Shown here: positions 58,983-64,000 of the stretch, piece by piece
Position numbering within the stretch: the stretch's first letter is position 1
Layout of the letters: each line of letters opens with the position of its first letter
NCBI GenBank assembly: GCA_010405405.1
Contig: MU004240.1
Location: 1,270,882 to 1,334,881 of the forward strand
DNA: 64,000 bases
Direction of reading: 5' to 3'
From: Microthyrium microscopicum
Lineage: Eukaryota
Made by a program: the position numbers and the translations under genes
Notes under the pieces: model-generated
What the model was told of the DNA's origin: nothing
Seen by the model: the letters and a program-made list of their open reading frames with translations, nothing else
Database searches by the model: none

Positions 58983-60350
58983 CTACGATGCTGGCTTGGC
59001 GCATGTAGTTGGGCTGCCTTGTACAGTGGCAGTATACCTGTGATCCAGTTAGTTATCTGATACGAAGGAAGGGGGGCATGGTGTGGTTGCTTACGTTAAT
59101 GTGCTGGTCGTGGTGACAACAGCGAGACTTGTGGTTGTAGCAACTGTCTTGGTAAAGGTCACCTTGACAGCAGTGACGCTCTTGGTGGCAACGAGCAGAC
59201 CCTTCTCGATGGTAACGGTCGCTGGGCTTGCGGCACTGGACGAATAGTTAGCAGATGGAACGTATTTACTGATACATGAAAACCTACACCGTGACAACTG
59301 CATCGGCGGCGCTGGCAGTCAGGGTGACGGTAGTGACTCCAGTGGCTGCTGTGGTAGTAAGGATGGCAGCTGATGGGTACACGCTGACAGTGGCTGGGCC
59401 ATCGCCGAGCAGACCGATTCCAGCATTGAGTTGGCGGCGCATGAGGTTACGTGGCTCAGGCACTTCATCTTCGTCTTCGTCTCCACGCTTCTTGAGACCA
59501 GCTGGGGCAACGCGGTAGGTACCTGTGCAAGTGGCGCCTGCGGTAACAGTGGTGCTGACGACAGCGAATTTGACGACTGTGCTGCCGAGTGTCTGCTTGA
59601 CGGTCGAGGTCACCGTGGATGCTGCTGGAATAACAGTCACGGTGGCAGCGCCGATTAGCACAGCGAGTGTAGCAGTTTTTGGCGCAGCTTGGACGGTGTT
59701 GGTGAATGTGGTGGTCTTGGTGGTCAACACAGTCGAGACTGATCAAAATGTTAGATTGGTGTATGTGCTCCTAGGCATCATGGTTGCTTACGAGGTGTTG
59801 TGGTAGCAGTTAGTGTTGGTGCGACAACAGTTGTGCTGGCTTGAGTATGTGCGATAGTATAAGTTCCAGAGACGGTCGTTGTGCCATTGCTACCTGGGAT
59901 GGCGACATAAACACCGAGACTTCCTGCTGGCACAGTACCACGGGTCAAGCCAGTGCTATAAAAGTCAACATCATATTCCTATTTCCGATCCTACAAAGTG
60001 ACTTACCATTGTACCAATTGTGATGTTCCATCAAGAAGCAGGTTCGAGCAAGGGTATGTCTGTCCATTGGAAGCCTTAGCGAAGACTTGTGCTGTTGATC
60101 CAGCCGAGCAGCCTATTTACAAGATTAGATAATAGATTCGACAATATCAATTGCTGGTGTACTGACCAACAGCCTGTAGGTTTTCGCCCACTTCCTGTGC
60201 GTCGGTTGTAGCATAGTAGTAGGTTGCGCCAATGACATCGTAGCCAAGAATTTTGCATCCAGTGTTGGTATTGACAGTGGTGCAGTTAGTCTGAGCGAAA
60301 ACGACTGGCACTGCGGCAAGAAGCGCTGCGGTTGTGGATGTAAACTTCAT
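58983..60350 (-). CDS. Secreted Thr/Val-rich cell-surface protein with Cys-containing N-terminal domain; 6 exons
   Basis: Signal peptide MKFTSTTAALLAAVPVVFA. Five canonical introns keep one frame to ...PTTCAKPAS*. Confidence 0.8.
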
Positions 60351-61450
60351 GTTGAATATGGATCTAGGACTTCTAGTAATGAATGACAGAAAATTAAATA
60401 AAACTAGGACACCACAGAAAACGAATGCTGGGTGTATGAATGAATGAATGGATTACAAAAAAGTTAGAAGCGTAAAGAGTGAACTTAGAGAGTGTTGTGG
60501 TGGTGATTTTGTGTAAAGTCTTTAAGTCAAGAGCCCCGTTTTAGGAGTTGACACACGACCAGTACAGGTCCTCTGAGCTGACCCATCACAGATCCATTAT
60601 TTTTGGCCTCAAGCCGCTATTCGCCTCTATGAGCGGATGTGGCTTGCGTTTATCGTACCGTGACTGGTGTTGAAGCCCGTGGTCAGGCTTCGCGACGGTC
60701 AAGCTAACAGCCAGGGACAATTCTGGAAGCCACGGCAAGTTGTTTTGCAGCATTTGGTAAAGGGTCCAGGCAATTCTAGGCTAGAATAGGCACATTTACT
60801 AAGAATTAGGTCCTACTTTTGGACAAGAAGATCGTAAAGGGGTAGAATTAGCTATAATTCTAGGCGAGCCTCCACTGTGAACAGTGGTTGGCGGATGTTG
60901 CATCGGCCGCCACAAGTCGATGCCCCTGAGAAAGGAACCATGAACCATGACTAAAGAAATCCGACGGACGTCAACCGCAAGACCCTCGAAGTCTTTAAGT
61001 AAAAATCCAGGATTGCTGAATATGATATTTCGTAGACGGAATTGAGACTGAAAAGTCAAGATTCAAAAGAGGCGGGTCCGATAGGGTTTATGTACAACTT
61101 TGTCGATCCCCCAGATCAATTGAAGATCAAGGAATGTTCCAAGCGAGTTTCCAGATGATCTTCGGTTTACCCGGCGATAAAGTCGATAATCATACGCGTT
61201 CGGAGAAAAAGCCAAGCGAATCGCAGACGCGCACAAGAGGCTCTGTGGCTGGCAGACGTATACCCAGTACTGGCCCCAAAAAAAAGTCCACCGCGTGAAA
61301 ATGCTGGAAAAGGCAACGTCAAGTCGCCAAGCACCAATAACTTGCCAAGCTTTGGAGAATCTCACCACCATTACTGCCTTTTTCCGAACAAGCTTTACGC
61401 CTCATCAATAATACATAGCCAATTTTCTCTCCACGCAAGGACGGACTGTA

Positions 61451-62235
61451 ATGGCGCCAATGCTGCCAAAGACACGCGACTTTCCAGAGTCGGTAACTTT
61501 ATCTGTAGTTCCGCGTTCGCAATTCCCAAAATAACTTCCTCCACTTTTGCGTACTAATATCTTCAAGCTCCCACTAACCATCCGCCTACGAATGTTCTTA
61601 TCCTTCTCCATGGCCTAGGGGATTCTCATGCTCCCTTCGCAAGTTTTGGCAAAGCTATGAATCTACCAGAGACAGTCTGTGTATCAGTGCGTGGTCCTGC
61701 GATGGTGCCCTTTGGTCTCTCTGGATTTCACTGGGGCGATGATATCCTCGTAGACGACGCGACTGGCGACATGGAAATGGACACCGGATTCAACAAGAGC
61801 ACTGCACTCATTATAGACGATGTCATCCAGAAGACTTTGGTTCAAAAGTGTGGTTATACACTTCGACAAATTCTCATATATGGCTTCGGTCAAGGAGGCA
61901 TGTTGGCTCTGAATGTTGCCAACAACCTTCAAGGTGAGTTGGCTGGTGTAATCAGCATTGGCAGCGGCATGCCTTCTAGCAAAGTGACGGAAGTACGCAC
62001 TGGCAAATGCAAAACACCGGTGCTTTTGTGCAAGGCTAGTGACGAGTCTGCTGTTGAAGTTGAGGATGAGGACAAGCTCAAAGCAGAGTTTGACTTTGTC
62101 GAGATCAAAGAGTGGAACCGAGTACGAGATGGAATGCCTCGGAGTAGAGAGGAGATGCTGCCGATCATGCAATTCTTTGCAAGGCGGCTCCAAAGCATGA
62201 GAGGCGTACCACAGGGTAGCGTCGAGCTCAACTAA
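61451..62235 (+). CDS. Phospholipase/carboxylesterase-fold protein (acyl-protein thioesterase-like), probably inactive; 2 exons
   Basis: NVLILLHGLGD, YGFGQGG, GVISIG, TPVLL, PIMQFFARRL. Confidence 0.85.
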
Positions 62236-64000
62236 GAGTATATCCCACAAATATGCTCGCAATAGTCCATGAGTAAATGCGTGAATGCATATTGCCAGCA
62301 GCCATGGATGTGTCCTACTACCTCCCAATGGAGTAGCAGACATACCCGACATATCAACCAGTCTGATCAACTACTGCAGCTAAATCAGCACGCTTCACTT
62401 CCTCGACACTTTACGATTGCTAGAGGCACAGAACACGTTTCCCGGACAGCATTACGCTATGCCTCTCAACTGAGGAGATCATATCTAACTGGGAACGAGA
62501 CAAAAAGAAATTAGTGACGTGTATCAAGTCGAGCATCGTCAATATAGATGCCAGAGGCAGATGACTTCAGCTTCATGGGCCTCAGGTGTGGCTTTTCATC
62601 AAGCTCATCAACAGTCGTTGAGTTACAAAAGAGAACAACCCGTTGATCCAGTTCTCGTGAAAACAAAGCGAGACGGAAGAGGCGCCTCGTGTCTAAGACC
62701 CCTTGCAAAGAAGGAGCCTGGAGAAACGAGATTCCTGTCATGGACAGACTGGATTACCACCATTTCCACTGAGGAGCAGTATATTGCTGGCTTCAAATTA
62801 ATCGGATAACGTCACTAATCTTGGATCTAAGCCCTTTGAATTGCCTCTCTTTATAAACCTTCAGTCTCTTGAGCGCATCGACGGTCACCTTTGTCCATTT
62901 ATGTCGCTTCGATGCTACGTTAGATATAAATACTACAGGTGTCAGATTAAGCGCCTCGTGTATATGAATCCAGCATTCGAGTAAGTGCTAGAAGATGGTC
63001 CTCCATTCGCAATTTCATGGTGCAAGGTGAGGCCATGAGGTGCCATCTACTTTATTTACTTGCCCAATGTCCGAGAAACGCAAACCAACATATCGGCTGC
63101 AAGTGATATTTGGGTATACTTATTGCCGAGTAGAACTATATTGATATGTTTTACAACTTGACCGAACAGCCCTTCTGCTTACTCGAATACTTTGAAAAGT
63201 TCGTTGTATACCCGACGAGGTACTGAGTAACCATAGGCATACATGTTCTTCATTGTCATGAATGGTTTTTACCCAATATCTCAATCTGTGTTTTCCTGAT
63301 GTCCTCAGAAGACTCTTCGTGCCTTCAGACTCGCCCGACATGGCTAAGTGTGGTGAACCAACAAGTCATTACGTATAGAACTTTTGCGATCTTGAGTCCA
63401 GTAATACTTTTGCATTCATTGCGCTACCTTCCATATTTAGATGGCTTCCTTCCAATTACCTCCTTCTGAGAAGGCTTTACGGTCTATGTTCCAATTCTTT
63501 CATCCCTTTCAGACCGTTTGACCTTTTTTTGGAGTCAAATGATGGCGAAGTACATTGTCGTCTGAGTAAACATCAACCATCACTTTGGTCCCGGTAATCC
63601 CAAAAGACCTGCATCACTGTGTATGGCTCTTCAATAGCCTGCAAGTTCAAAGGCAGACACTTCGATTCGCAATCACTCGAGCCTGATACTTCACAAAGCC
63701 AAGAGTTTCTACATTTCTCGAGTCGCTGGGACAGGTTCTGTGACATCCAGAGCCAGTCATCTTTCTTCAGGTCTGGCGGTAGCAGAGTTCGATATGCCAA
63801 ACGAGTCAAATATAATCACCGCTGTCCACATCCAAGCTGCAAACAAAGGAGCCTGAGAACAAGTACTATGCACTCAACGAGGGTCTCGTATCACCTTTGA
63901 CCAGTCTGTAGCTTTTTAAACTAATCAGTGATATCATCGACTTTGCTTACGCTAAAGAGCCTGGGGTTATTCACTATGTAGTCGGATTCCCAGCTGACAA

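Noticed and set aside
60843..60862. TAGAATTA-GCTA-TAATTCTA palindrome
   Set aside because: Short and AT-rich, plausible by chance.
61684..62370. 228-aa minus-strand ORF
   Set aside because: Antisense to the esterase-like gene, with no motifs.
62400..64000. Short ORF fragments at the window end
   Set aside because: Stops in all frames and no recognisable domain. A pseudogene cannot be supported without a search.

Overview
Eukaryotic DNA from a filamentous ascomycete (Pezizomycotina). It is gene-dense, with about 25 protein-coding genes and short (~50 nt) introns carrying CTAAC/CTGAC-type branch points. Gene models were spliced by eye, and family calls rest on recalled motifs, not database searches. 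Recognisable genes: a WW-domain Pro/Gln-rich protein, CDK11-like kinase head-to-head with NDUFAF7/MidA, three single-pass membrane proteins, alpha-1,3-glucan synthase, a divergent TauD dioxygenase/MFS permease pair, a TPR protein, a DJ-1/PfpI protein, a small secreted Cys-rich protein, a SnaD-like coiled-coil protein, LCL2, NOP10, NOB1, AP-1 mu, a sulfite oxidase-family protein, a damaged F-box-like gene, SYG1, CipC, a secreted Thr-rich protein and a carboxylesterase-like pseudo-enzyme. I saw no tRNA, rRNA, CRISPR array or transposase, and no clear-cut new multi-gene system. Best leads: an amyloid/beta-solenoid-like TYV(E/D) repeat tail on the WW protein; a stop-free 133-codon candidate alternative exon in the long last AP-1 mu intron; a 213-bp foldback element; a shared CGATCACGG promoter motif; and a NOP10 start codon split by a GC-AG intron.
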